From Candidatus Magasanikbacteria bacterium RIFCSPLOWO2_12_FULL_43_12 (GTDB lineage Bacteria; Patescibacteriota; Patescibacteriia; Magasanikbacterales; UBA922), in NCBI GenBank assembly GCA_001783065.1, contig MFQN01000011.1:1-60829 (forward strand): a stretch of DNA of 60,829 bases. Reading direction: 5' to 3'. The notes under the pieces are model-generated. The model did not search any database. It saw only the letters and a program-made list of their open reading frames with translations, and was not told the origin of the DNA. How positions within the stretch are numbered: the first letter of the stretch is position 1; each line of letters opens with the position of its first letter. Shown one piece after another: positions 1 to 9,510 of the stretch. The position numbers and the translations under genes are program-made.

Positions 1-186
1 CTTTTTGGGATTTAATTGACGACGCCGTCAACGGATACAGGGCCAGTTTAATTAAAACCGTGATAATCAAAATAACCACGCCGACATCGGGAATTAAATT
101 ATACAGACCGACAAAAGCGTTGAACATCGGCTGGGTTAAAACCACTTGAAACAATTCGCGCATAAGTAATAAATAAGAATAGCCAA
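1..186 (-). CDS. yidC: Membrane protein insertase YidC/Oxa1 family, N-terminal part; the gene continues past the window start
   Basis: The minus-strand frame from the ATG at 186 gives MLYFGYSYLLLMRELFQVVLTQPMFNAFVGLYNLIPDVGVVILIITVLIKLALYPLTASSIKSQK with no stop down to position 1. ...ILIITVLIKLALYPLT... matches the conserved YidC hallmark (ILLTILIKLLLYPLT). The ORF-track ORF 99..293 is in a different frame. Confidence 0.6.
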
Positions 187-224
187 AGTATAACATCAAT
201 CCGCCAAAGTATCAATACTTCTCT

Positions 225-272
225 TATCCCTCCCCCTTCAATAGGGGGAGGTGCAGGAGGGGGTCTCGCTCG
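225..272. repeat. GC-rich hairpin element (family-B-like) upstream of yidC
   Basis: ccctccccc-ttcaata-gggggagg, then tgcaggagggggtctcgctcgc. Confidence 0.4.
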
Positions 273-472
273 CAACAAATTAAAAAACACCACCCAAAGT
301 GGCGCCTTTTATGTAGCAGCGAGGAGGAAGCCTCAATACCATTGGTGATGTAAAGGCCCTCTGCCGCTACGGAGATAATATAGCAGATGAGGGCAAAAAT
401 GACAAGAATATGATGTGTGATATAATATAAAAAAAGGTAATATTTAACCGCAAACTTAACAGAAATACTTTT

Positions 473-799
473 ATGAAAATAATAAAGATAAGCGTGCAAG
501 AACCATATTTTAGTTATATTATGTCTGGTGAAAAAACCGTTGAAGGCCGTTTAAACAAAGACAAATTTTTGGAGTTGGAAGTTGGCGACATTTTGGAGAT
601 CAACGGCCAAGCAAATTTTAAAATAATTAAAAAAAATACCTACAAAAATTTTCGAGAGATGATAATGGTAGAAGGTGTAAATAATGTTTTACCTGACAAA
701 AACAATATTGATGAGGCTGTGGATGTCTATTACAGATTTTATAGCAAACAAGACGAAACTGCGTATGGCGTGGTTGGAATAATACTAAAAAAAATATAA
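473..799 (+). CDS. ASCH-domain protein
   Basis: 108 aa. The beta-barrel pattern (IKISVQEPYFSYIMSGEKTVEGR...GDILEI) resembles ASC-1 homology (ASCH) domain proteins. A promoter-like TGACAA/TATAAT pair lies at about 405-435. Confidence 0.55.
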   Translation: MKIIKISVQEPYFSYIMSGEKTVEGRLNKDKFLELEVGDILEINGQANFKIIKKNTYKNFREMIMVEGVNNVLPDKNNIDEAVDVYYRFYSKQDETAYGVVGIILKKI

Positions 800-859
800 C
801 TCGAACACAAAACCTCCAGTTGCTGCATGTATTACTTCACAAAGAACATTTCTGGTGAG

Positions 860-900
860 CAAAAAAAGAAAGACCTCCATCTCGCGATTGAGGTCTTCCT
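860..900 (-). terminator. Terminator downstream of the UvrD-like helicase
   Basis: agacctc-...-gaggtct hairpin followed by a minus-strand T-run (plus-strand gagcaaaaaaagaaag). Confidence 0.5.
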
Positions 901-982
901 TAGGTCTTGAACACTTCCTTACCTATACATCACTGTATATATAGTACCAGAATAGTTGGATCTTGTCAATAGCTTGTATAGA

Positions 983-3157
983 TCAAAGATCATCGACATC
1001 CCGCAAAAAACTCCCGGGCTTAAATTGCCGTTTTGGTTTTTCTTCGTCAATATAAATAATTTCTTCCAGCTCGTTGTCATTAAACACCGCGCCGCGCAGA
1101 TCCGCGTCAACCAAATTTTTATTGATTTCATTGACAAACAAACTTGGTCCGCCGATTGAACCGCCGAAACTTCCAGACATTAAATAACTGATTTGCAGAT
1201 GTTTTTTCGCGCGCGTTACCGCCACGTAAAATAATCGCCGCTCTTCTTCTATTCCATTATCCTCGCGCGCCGCGCGATCATTCGGAAATTGACCATTGGA
1301 AACATTAATAATAAATACTGCCTGCCACTCCAAACCTTTGGCTTGATGAATGGTGGAAAGAACTATCTTGGACTTCAGACTTCTGTCTTCAGTCTTCGGT
1401 TGTCCGTCTGGGGCTGAAGTCTGAAGTCTGAAGTCTGAAGTCTGAAACCCCTCTTGCAAACTTGACTCGGCTAAGAATTGATCTAAATCCTCGGCTTGAT
1501 CCGCGAATTTCGCCAACTGTTCCAAATCCTGCAGCCGCTCCCGATAATCAGGATATTCATTTTCTAAATATTCGGCGTATTTACTTTCCATAATAATCCG
1601 AATCTTACCACCAACGCCAACATCAACCGTGTTTTGCAGAGGCTGAAAAACCTGCAAAAAATCATTCCACCCGACACTGGCTCTCGCCGGTAAATATTCA
1701 ATCATCCGTCCTATGTCATACGTCCTAAGTCTCTCTAAAATCACTTCAATCGTCGCCTCTCCAATCCCCACCTGCATATTTAAAACTCTCTGCCACGCGA
1801 CCGTATCTGTGGAATTATTTAATATCCGCAAATAGGCCAAAACATCTTTGACATGCGCGCGTTCAAAAAACCGCACGCCGCCGCGATAATCATAAGCGAT
1901 GCCGTGTTTTATCAGTTCCATTTCCAGCGCTTGCGAATGATGCGCGGCGCGGAATAAAACCGCGATATCTTTCGGCTCCACCCTCTCGCCAAACAACTCC
2001 TCTACCCGGCTGACGATGGCAACAGCTTCCTCGTCATTGGTATCAAACGAGTGGACTTCCGGCCGAACAAATTTTTCCCGCACGCTCTTCAATTCTTTTT
2101 GGTATTGGTTGATGTTGTTGGAAATTATGTTATTCGCCAAATTCAAAATCTCCGGCGTGGAGCGATAATTGGTTTCCAGACGAAAAATCTTCGCGTCAGG
2201 ATATTCTTTTTCAAAATCCAAAATATTTTTAACCTCCGCCGCGCGGAAACTGTAAATGCTCTGCGCGTCGTCGCCGACAACCAGCAAATTGCGATGTTTG
2301 GCGGCGATCAAACGGATAATTGACGCTTGAATTTTGTTAGTATCCTGATATTCATCAACTAAAATATATTGAAACTGCTCTTGGTATTTTTGCCGAATCT
2401 TTTCCGATTGTTGCAGCAATTTTAACCAATTAACCAACAAATCATCAAAATCCATTACATTCGCGGCTAATTTTCTTTTTTCATAATTCACCGCGATGCT
2501 TTTAATGCTGTCGGCTAACGGCAAAAAATGCTGGTACTTTAGATTCAAAACATCTTCTGTTGTCGTCTCGGAATTCCGCGCGTAGCTGACGATTGACTGC
2601 AAAACCGCCGGCGATGGAAAACGCCGCTGTGTCCGATCCACGCCTTCGTCTTTCAAGCATTGTTTAATTAAATTTGAACTATCATCGCTGTCCAAAACAG
2701 AAAAATTATTTTTATACCCCAAAAACGAACAATACTTTTTTAACACCCGATAGGCAATATGATGAAATGTCCCGGACCACGGCAAAACGGCGAGTTGGCG
2801 AACCACCTCTCTGCCCCGCCACGCCGTGGCATCTCCCCTTGTTAAGGGGAGAGGTTCGATACCCCCCGCCTTAACAAGGAGGGGTGCCCCGATTCGCATC
2901 GGGGCGGGGAGGGGGTTCACAAGCGTGGCCACCCTCTCAATCATCTCTCTCGCCGCTTTATTCGTAAAAGTTACCAACAAAATATTTTCCGGATTAATGC
3001 CTTGCTCCAGCAAATACGCCACGCGGTAAGTGATCGTCCGCGTCTTACCTGACCCAGCGCCAGCCAAAACCAAACACGGCCCGTCGGCATTCCGTACCGC
3101 GTTTAACTGTTCTTGATTTAATTCAGCTTCGTAATTTGGCATAAATAACACTTTCAA
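983..3157 (-). CDS. UvrD/PcrA/Rep-family ATP-dependent DNA helicase; carries two in-frame repeat-derived insertions
   Basis: 724 aa. Walker A AGAGSGKTRTITYRVAYLL; motifs TFTNKAAREM, GTFHH, VDEYQDTN, QAKGLEW and VAVTRAK. Extra segments VNPLPAPMRIGAPLLVKAGGIEPLPLTRGDATAWRGREVV (2812..2930) and QTSDFRLQTSAPDGQPKTEDRSLKSK (1370..1447) map to repeat elements. Confidence 0.85.
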   Translation of the reverse strand: MKVLFMPNYEAELNQEQLNAVRNADGPCLVLAGAGSGKTRTITYRVAYLLEQGINPENILLVTFTNKAAREMIERVATLVNPLPAPMRIGAPLLVKAGGIEPLPLTRGDATAWRGREVVRQLAVLPWSGTFHHIAYRVLKKYCSFLGYKNNFSVLDSDDSSNLIKQCLKDEGVDRTQRRFPSPAVLQSIVSYARNSETTTEDVLNLKYQHFLPLADSIKSIAVNYEKRKLAANVMDFDDLLVNWLKLLQQSEKIRQKYQEQFQYILVDEYQDTNKIQASIIRLIAAKHRNLLVVGDDAQSIYSFRAAEVKNILDFEKEYPDAKIFRLETNYRSTPEILNLANNIISNNINQYQKELKSVREKFVRPEVHSFDTNDEEAVAIVSRVEELFGERVEPKDIAVLFRAAHHSQALEMELIKHGIAYDYRGGVRFFERAHVKDVLAYLRILNNSTDTVAWQRVLNMQVGIGEATIEVILERLRTYDIGRMIEYLPARASVGWNDFLQVFQPLQNTVDVGVGGKIRIIMESKYAEYLENEYPDYRERLQDLEQLAKFADQAEDLDQFLAESSLQEGFQTSDFRLQTSAPDGQPKTEDRSLKSKIVLSTIHQAKGLEWQAVFIINVSNGQFPNDRAAREDNGIEEERRLFYVAVTRAKKHLQISYLMSGSFGGSIGGPSLFVNEINKNLVDADLRGAVFNDNELEEIIYIDEEKPKRQFKPGSFLRDVDDL
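1370..1447. repeat. Family-F heptamer tandem repeats (GAAGTCT)n with an inverted partner, in frame within the helicase gene
   Basis: ggacttcagacttctgtcttcagtcttcgg ... ctgaagtctgaagtctgaagtctgaagtctgaaa. Confidence 0.7.
2812..2930. repeat. Family-B GC-rich multi-hairpin element inserted in frame in the helicase gene
   Basis: Hairpins ctcccc-ttgttaa-ggggag and ccccgat-tcgc-atcgggg. Shares ggggtg(c/t)cccgattcgcatcggg with 44335..44458. Confidence 0.6.
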
Positions 3158-3209
3158 TTTGCTTAAAGCTCTTAATTTGTGGTAGGATTATATCATAAAA
3201 AAATTTAAT

Positions 3210-3833
3210 ATGATAAAAACCGCCATTGATTTCATTCTCCACTTTGACACCTACCTCACCGCGTTGGTAGCGACCTACGGCAGTCTTGTCTATTTATTTC
3301 TGTTTCTGATTATTTTCGTGGAAACCGGATTGGTAATTATGCCATTTCTCCCGGGCGATTCTTTAATATTTATCGCTGGAACTCTCGCCGCGGCCGGCGC
3401 TCTGAACCCATACATCCTATTTATACTGCTCACCGTAGCCGCAATCTTGGGCGACACGGTGAATTATTGGCTCGGACGCTATTTAGGAGAAAAAATCTTC
3501 GATAGATTCATCAACCCCGCGCATATAGAAAAAACAAAATCGTTTTTTACTCGTTATGGTAAAAAAACAATCGTCTTAGCAAGATTTGTCCCGATTGTCA
3601 GGACTTTCGCCCCGTTCGTTGCCGGTATTGGAAAAATGGATTACTTTAGTTTTTTAAGCTACAACATCATCGGCGGAATATTTTGGATTGCCATCTTTGT
3701 TTTTTCCGGTTATTATTTCGGCAATATCCAATTTGTCAAAGATAATCTAACGGCGATTGTTCTTCTGATTATAATTATTTCTATTATTCCAGCGGTGTGG
3801 GAATATATCAAACACAAACGCGCGAGGTTGTGA
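3210..3833 (+). CDS. DedA-family membrane protein
   Basis: 207 aa. DedA signature segments ETGLVIMPFLPGDSLIFIAG and RFVPIVRTFAPFVAGIGKM, with multiple transmembrane helices. Confidence 0.8.
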   Translation: MIKTAIDFILHFDTYLTALVATYGSLVYLFLFLIIFVETGLVIMPFLPGDSLIFIAGTLAAAGALNPYILFILLTVAAILGDTVNYWLGRYLGEKIFDRFINPAHIEKTKSFFTRYGKKTIVLARFVPIVRTFAPFVAGIGKMDYFSFLSYNIIGGIFWIAIFVFSGYYFGNIQFVKDNLTAIVLLIIIISIIPAVWEYIKHKRARL

Positions 3834-3888
3834 CCACGCCGTGGATTGCTTCGCCTGCGAAGGCTCGCAATGACAGAGCTGTCATTCC
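3833..3888. mobile_element. Family-A MITE-like palindromic element, partial copy (right end plus a truncated left-end fragment)
   Basis: gtggattgcttcgcctgcgaaggctcgcaatgacag, then agctgtcattcc. Confidence 0.6.
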
Positions 3889-4658
3889 ACCACCAATACC
3901 GCTCGCTTTCCATTTTTTACATCTCCGCCGTTCCAATCATGAATGGCGTTTAATAAATCTTTGTATTTGTATTTAAATCCTCTGCCGAATTGCGTTCCTG
4001 GGTCGTTTGTAATAAATTCGGTTTCCGTGTACCCGCGGATAATCAATGCGTGATAAACCGGTCCGCCGTTTCTAAAATGCGGATTCGGCAAAACCTTTCC
4101 ATCCGCGACCACCAACACCGGTTGTCCGTTAGCGACAAATTTTTTAATATTCTCCACAGTCGGATCATTCACAATTCGCGCGTGATGTAGTGATGTGGTG
4201 ATGGTGTGATTCAGTAACACAAATCGCTCTACCAACTCTCTCACCTTCTCAATCTCAATACTGCTTCCCCAACCTCTCTCTTCCTCCCATTTAATAATTT
4301 TCAAAATTTCATCTTTCGCGAACAGCGGACTCAAATTATAATTTTTATAATACGCGTCTAACATCAATACCGCCGCCTCCTCGCACGCGTCCTGCCACGG
4401 CTGTTCCCAATTTTTCTCCGGCGCTTGGGAAGTGAAAGGAACGGAAATAAAATATTGCGGCGGCAATGCCGCATTAACACGCGCGACATTATTTTCCATT
4501 TTGATTTTTACATTTTCAATTTTACTATTCGCTATTCTTAATTCCGCTTCATAATCTATCTCATCCGTCCCCCTCCACACCCACACCATCCCAAATAAAA
4601 AACCCGCGCTCAAAACAATACAGATTAAATTTATCAGCCAATATCTTTTCATATACAT
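3882..4658 (-). CDS. Membrane-anchored C39-like cysteine peptidase domain protein (YvpB/BtrH-like)
   Basis: 258 aa. N-terminal transmembrane helix. VPFTSQAPEKNWEQPWQDACEEAAVLMLDAYY resembles the peptidase_C39_2 Cys motif. Possible catalytic His in VYHALIIRGY. Contains an in-frame (CATCACY)n heptamer repeat at about 4189-4215. Confidence 0.5.
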   Translation of the reverse strand: MYMKRYWLINLICIVLSAGFLFGMVWVWRGTDEIDYEAELRIANSKIENVKIKMENNVARVNAALPPQYFISVPFTSQAPEKNWEQPWQDACEEAAVLMLDAYYKNYNLSPLFAKDEILKIIKWEEERGWGSSIEIEKVRELVERFVLLNHTITTSLHHARIVNDPTVENIKKFVANGQPVLVVADGKVLPNPHFRNGGPVYHALIIRGYTETEFITNDPGTQFGRGFKYKYKDLLNAIHDWNGGDVKNGKRAVLVVE

Positions 4659-4685
4659 CTATATTAAAATATCTTGATTTTTTAG

Positions 4686-6038
<1,353 letters not shown>

Positions 6039-6078
6039 CTGACGATAAAAAATTCAGACTTAAATCTAAATTAATTTT

Positions 6079-6471
6079 CTAAGCTGCTTTTTTCAACTCC
6101 CCTCTGTCCCTTACTGGTTTGTTTAATTTGCCGCCCTTTCCTCTTTTTTCTGACTCGCAGGATCTTCGTTCCAAGACACTGTGATAAACCGCGCCTTTTA
6201 CGATTGCGGATTTTCTTAAACCTTCAACTGTTGGGTTTGATTCGCCAACGCCACCATCACGGTCACCGTGCATCGACCCAACCGCTTCTTTATGTCGCCT
6301 CATATCTGGCAACTCATCATTTTCTCCGCCACGATCTTCTCGCGCGATTAACAAACTCTCCGGGTCTTTACCTTCGTCCGGTATTTCCTCCACCGGCACA
6401 TAATCAGACTCTCCGGGTTTTCTGCTTCTAACATTTTTCGCTTCTCCCCATTCATTATGAAATCTGCCCAT
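6079..6471 (-). CDS. Hypothetical highly charged, low-complexity protein (130 aa)
   Basis: Start taken at the ATG at 6471 (MGRFHNEWGE...). A perfect TTGACA-N17-TATAAT promoter at 6502..6530 on the minus strand lies immediately upstream. No recognisable domain. Confidence 0.4.
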   Translation of the reverse strand: MGRFHNEWGEAKNVRSRKPGESDYVPVEEIPDEGKDPESLLIAREDRGGENDELPDMRRHKEAVGSMHGDRDGGVGESNPTVEGLRKSAIVKGAVYHSVLERRSCESEKRGKGGKLNKPVRDRGELKKAA

Positions 6472-6501
6472 ATTTTTGATTTTATATGTATTAATGAATA
6501 T

Positions 6502-6530
6502 ATTATAGCACATTTTACCCCATTTGTCAA
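6502..6530 (-). promoter_or_regulatory. Perfect consensus promoter TTGACA-N17-tgcTATAAT upstream of the small charged protein gene
   Basis: Seen directly on the minus strand. Confidence 0.55.
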
Positions 6531-6617
6531 CCCCAGCGAATTTACACAAATAGCTGATTATGCTACAATTCAGGTAACAATTTAGTAATTCAAAAATTAA
6601 CTTTTTAATTTTAAACT

Positions 6618-7022
6618 ATGGATGCAGACATAAAAAAGCCGAGAAATTTAAAAAAACTATTTGGCTCTGTAATCTTGGCGACGACTCTTTTGTTGGTAGC
6701 GCTGTTAGTTACCCTACGAACTGTGCCTCGCAATGACGAAACCAAAAAATACTCCACCAGCATCGAATCTGTCATAGCTGAAAGCGGTTTTTCAAAAAAG
6801 GATGCAGAAGGTCTCATAGCTACTGTAAATAAGCGGGCAGACGTTAAAAATATGGGAGAAATCTTGTCAATAATAAAAATAAGCAACAATGAAGCGTCTA
6901 TTGTAATTGGCTATTACCTAAACGAAAGGGGGGTGTGGGGGGCTGCTACTACATACTCCGCAGAAAAAAAGTGGGGTAAATGGACCATATTGGAAATAAA
7001 AGACAAGAATTTTGGTATGTGA
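6618..7022 (+). CDS. Hypothetical membrane-anchored protein
   Basis: 134 aa with an N-terminal transmembrane segment (LFGSVILATTLLLVALLVTL). No recognised domain. Confidence 0.4.
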   Translation: MDADIKKPRNLKKLFGSVILATTLLLVALLVTLRTVPRNDETKKYSTSIESVIAESGFSKKDAEGLIATVNKRADVKNMGEILSIIKISNNEASIVIGYYLNERGVWGAATTYSAEKKWGKWTILEIKDKNFGM

Positions 7023-7076
7023 TTTTTTTGAATTGAATACAAACGAGAAGCACAATAACTGCAAAACTTTCAAACT

Positions 7077-7748
7077 ATGAAAACATTCAAACATCTCGAC
7101 CTCATCACCACTGCTTTCGCCGTCGTGCTAATTTTATCCAACATCACCAGCACAAAAATACTTTCGCTCGGCTGGTTTAGTTTTGACGGCGGGACGATTT
7201 TATTTCCTCTCGTTTACATCTTCGGGGATATTCTGACCGAAGTATACGGCTACGCGCGAGCAAGACGGGTAATTTGGATTGGTTTCGCGATGAACCTGCT
7301 GATGGTAATAACTTTTTGGGTGGTGCAGAAACTCCCGCCAGCGCTGGACTGGGGCAATCAAGCCGCGTTTGAGTCAATCCTTGGCGTAGTGCCAAGAATC
7401 GTGCTGGGCAGTTTGTGCGCGTATTTAATCGGTGAATTTTTAAACAGTTATATTTTGGCGAAAATAAAAATAAAGACGCATGGAAAATTTCTGTGGTTGC
7501 GGACGATTGGATCAACAGTAGTCGGACAATTTTTTGACACCACTGTCTTTTTACTAATCGCCTTCGCCGGCGTCCTGCCGTGGAATTTGATTTGGATTAT
7601 TTGGGTATCAAATTATATTTTCAAAATTTTGGTGGAGATAATTTTATTGCCTGTCACTTATCGTGTTGCTGGGTGGTTGAAAAAAAGAGAAGAGGTGGAC
7701 TATTATGACACAAATACCAACTTTAATCCGCTTAAAATTAAAAATTAG
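7077..7748 (+). CDS. yhhQ: Queuosine precursor transporter, YhhQ/Vut (DUF165) family
   Basis: 223 aa polytopic protein. ILFPLVYIFGDILTEVYGYARARRVIWIGF matches the YhhQ family. It lies between tgt and queA. Confidence 0.7.
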   Translation: MKTFKHLDLITTAFAVVLILSNITSTKILSLGWFSFDGGTILFPLVYIFGDILTEVYGYARARRVIWIGFAMNLLMVITFWVVQKLPPALDWGNQAAFESILGVVPRIVLGSLCAYLIGEFLNSYILAKIKIKTHGKFLWLRTIGSTVVGQFFDTTVFLLIAFAGVLPWNLIWIIWVSNYIFKILVEIILLPVTYRVAGWLKKREEVDYYDTNTNFNPLKIKN

Positions 7749-7892
7749 CAAACAAAACACCCGGCAGACGCCGGGTGTTCCGGTGCGGAGAGCAACGGAG
7801 TTGAACCGTATCCGCTTTTGGCGGATCAGTTGTGTATCAGACAACGTCCTGTCCCACAGGCAATACTCTCCAGTCACGGGAAATATTATAAC

Positions 7893-7918
7893 ATAAAAAG
7901 AAAAACCCTGTTGGGGTT
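7893..7918 (-). terminator. Rho-independent terminator downstream of queA
   Basis: Minus-strand hairpin aaccccaacagggtt followed by a T-tract. Confidence 0.5.
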
Positions 7919-8021
7919 CTTCCTGATCCGTTTTGGATACGGTTCGTCGTCTGATACACATTTATACGATACCACGGACTAATGATACTGTCAAGTTCTT
8001 TATCCACAATGGAATTTCCAC

Positions 8022-9125
8022 CTACTTGATTAGCATCGCGTCCCCGAAACTATAAAACCGATATTTCTCCTCCACTGCTTTCTGATAAGATTCTAACATA
8101 AACTGTGTGTCGCAAGCAAATGAACTAACTAACATCAAAAGCGTTGACTTCGGCAAGTGAAAATTCGTAATCATCGCGTCAACCACCTTGAATTCAAAGC
8201 CTGGTTTGATAAAGATGTTGATGTCGCCTTTATACGCTCTAACTAAAAATGTATAGCTATTTCCATTTATCTCTACATTATCTCTATCTATTTTATTATT
8301 TAATCCAGCCACTCCCTCAAGTGTTCTCACCGTCGTGGTCCCAATAGCAATAACTCTTCTCCCTTCTTCCTTCGCCAAATTAATCTTCTCCGCGTTTTCT
8401 TCGTCCAGCTCCACCCATTCGCTGTGCATAGTATGATCTTCCACGCGTTCGGATTTAACCGGTAAAAAAGTACCGAGCCCGACATGCAAAGTTATTTCCG
8501 CGAACTCAACGCCTTTGTCCCGCAACTTTTGAATCAACTCCGGCGTAAAATGAAACCCGGCTGTCGGCGCCGCGACCGAACCCTCGTATTTGGCATAAAC
8601 GGTCTGGTAACTCTCTAACTCGTGCGGCTCGTCTTTAATATACGGCGGCACCGGAATGTGGCCGTATTTATTCGCCTTTTCTCTCACTTGCTCTTCTGAA
8701 TCAACAAACTGAACCAAAATCTCACCTGTCGGTTCTTTCACTACCACATCGCAATAAAAATCCGGCGCGAATCTAACTCTCATCCCAGGTTCAACATGTT
8801 TCCCCGGCTTCGCCAATACTTTCCACACTCCCTCGTTTTCCATCGGCCTGATTAAAAATATTTCAATCAATTTTTTGTGTTCAAATAATTCTTGATCGTC
8901 AATCGTGGTTAATTTCCCAAACAATCTGGCCTTAAAAACTTTAGAATTATTCCAAACAATCAAATCGCCTTTTTTAAAAAAATCAATAATATCATAAAAA
9001 TGGCGATGTTCAATCGTTTGGGTTTTTCTATCAACAACCATCAGCCGCGAAGAATCGCGCGGATTTGTTGGTGTTTGCGCGATTAATTCGGAAGGTAAAT
9101 TGTAATCAAAATCTTTGGCTAACAT
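8022..9125 (-). CDS. queA: S-adenosylmethionine:tRNA ribosyltransferase-isomerase
   Basis: 367 aa. N-terminus MLAKDFDYNLPSELIAQTPTNPRDSSRLMVV is typical of QueA, with homology along its length. Confidence 0.9.
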   Translation of the reverse strand: MLAKDFDYNLPSELIAQTPTNPRDSSRLMVVDRKTQTIEHRHFYDIIDFFKKGDLIVWNNSKVFKARLFGKLTTIDDQELFEHKKLIEIFLIRPMENEGVWKVLAKPGKHVEPGMRVRFAPDFYCDVVVKEPTGEILVQFVDSEEQVREKANKYGHIPVPPYIKDEPHELESYQTVYAKYEGSVAAPTAGFHFTPELIQKLRDKGVEFAEITLHVGLGTFLPVKSERVEDHTMHSEWVELDEENAEKINLAKEEGRRVIAIGTTTVRTLEGVAGLNNKIDRDNVEINGNSYTFLVRAYKGDINIFIKPGFEFKVVDAMITNFHLPKSTLLMLVSSFACDTQFMLESYQKAVEEKYRFYSFGDAMLIK

Positions 9126-9128
9126 AAA

Positions 9129-9167
9129 TGCTTACGAGGCTTACGAGGCTGACAAGGCTTACAAAGC
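9129..9167. repeat. Family-E 9-mer tandem array (GGCTTACRA)n directly upstream of the queA start
   Basis: gcttacgag gcttacgag gctgacaag gcttacaaa. Confidence 0.7.
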
Positions 9168-9244
9168 TATTGAACCGATTTAATAAGTTTAAATGTAAGA
9201 TTTAATAGCGTTGTATACAGTTTCACAACTGTTAAACGGCTAAT

Positions 9245-9367
9245 CTGTCATTGCGAGGAGCTCGCGCGATCCCTCACATTCACTCGAGACAGGCTCCGCA
9301 ATCCAGCAATCGCATTAGAACGCGATAACGGTGTGGATTGCTTCGCCTGCGAAGGCTCGCAATGACT
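9245..9367. mobile_element. Family-A MITE-like element, full copy
   Basis: Terminal inverted repeats ctgtcattgcgaggagc ... gctcgcaatgac. Internal gtggattgcttcgcctgcgaaggctc. Confidence 0.7.
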
Positions 9368-9466
9368 TTCAAAAGTGTAAACAACGCTGGCTATTCCTAC
9401 AACTAATTTCACAAACTCTAACGCTTTTTTCCAAACCAACAAATTATGATAATCCTGCATATCGTA

Positions 9467-9510
9467 TTGTCAGCCTTGTAAGCCTAGTAAGCATTGTCAG
9501 CCTAGTACAC
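9467..9510. repeat. Family-E array in inverse orientation (TGTCAGCCTTGTAAGCC...)
   Basis: Forms a long inverted repeat with 9129..9167 around the MITE at 9245..9367. Confidence 0.6.

Noticed and set aside
99-293. 64-aa minus-strand ORF MVFFNLLRARPPPAPPPIEGGG...
   Set aside because: Its N-terminal half is a translation of a GC-rich hairpin repeat (225..272). Its C-terminal half overlaps, in another frame, a much better YidC N-terminus (1..186). Treated as spurious.
7644-7961. ORFs 7644..7961 (minus strand) and 7705..7896 (plus strand) in the yhhQ-queA spacer
   Set aside because: They lie entirely within a region dominated by inverted repeats and terminators. Their sequences are low-complexity and have no homology features.
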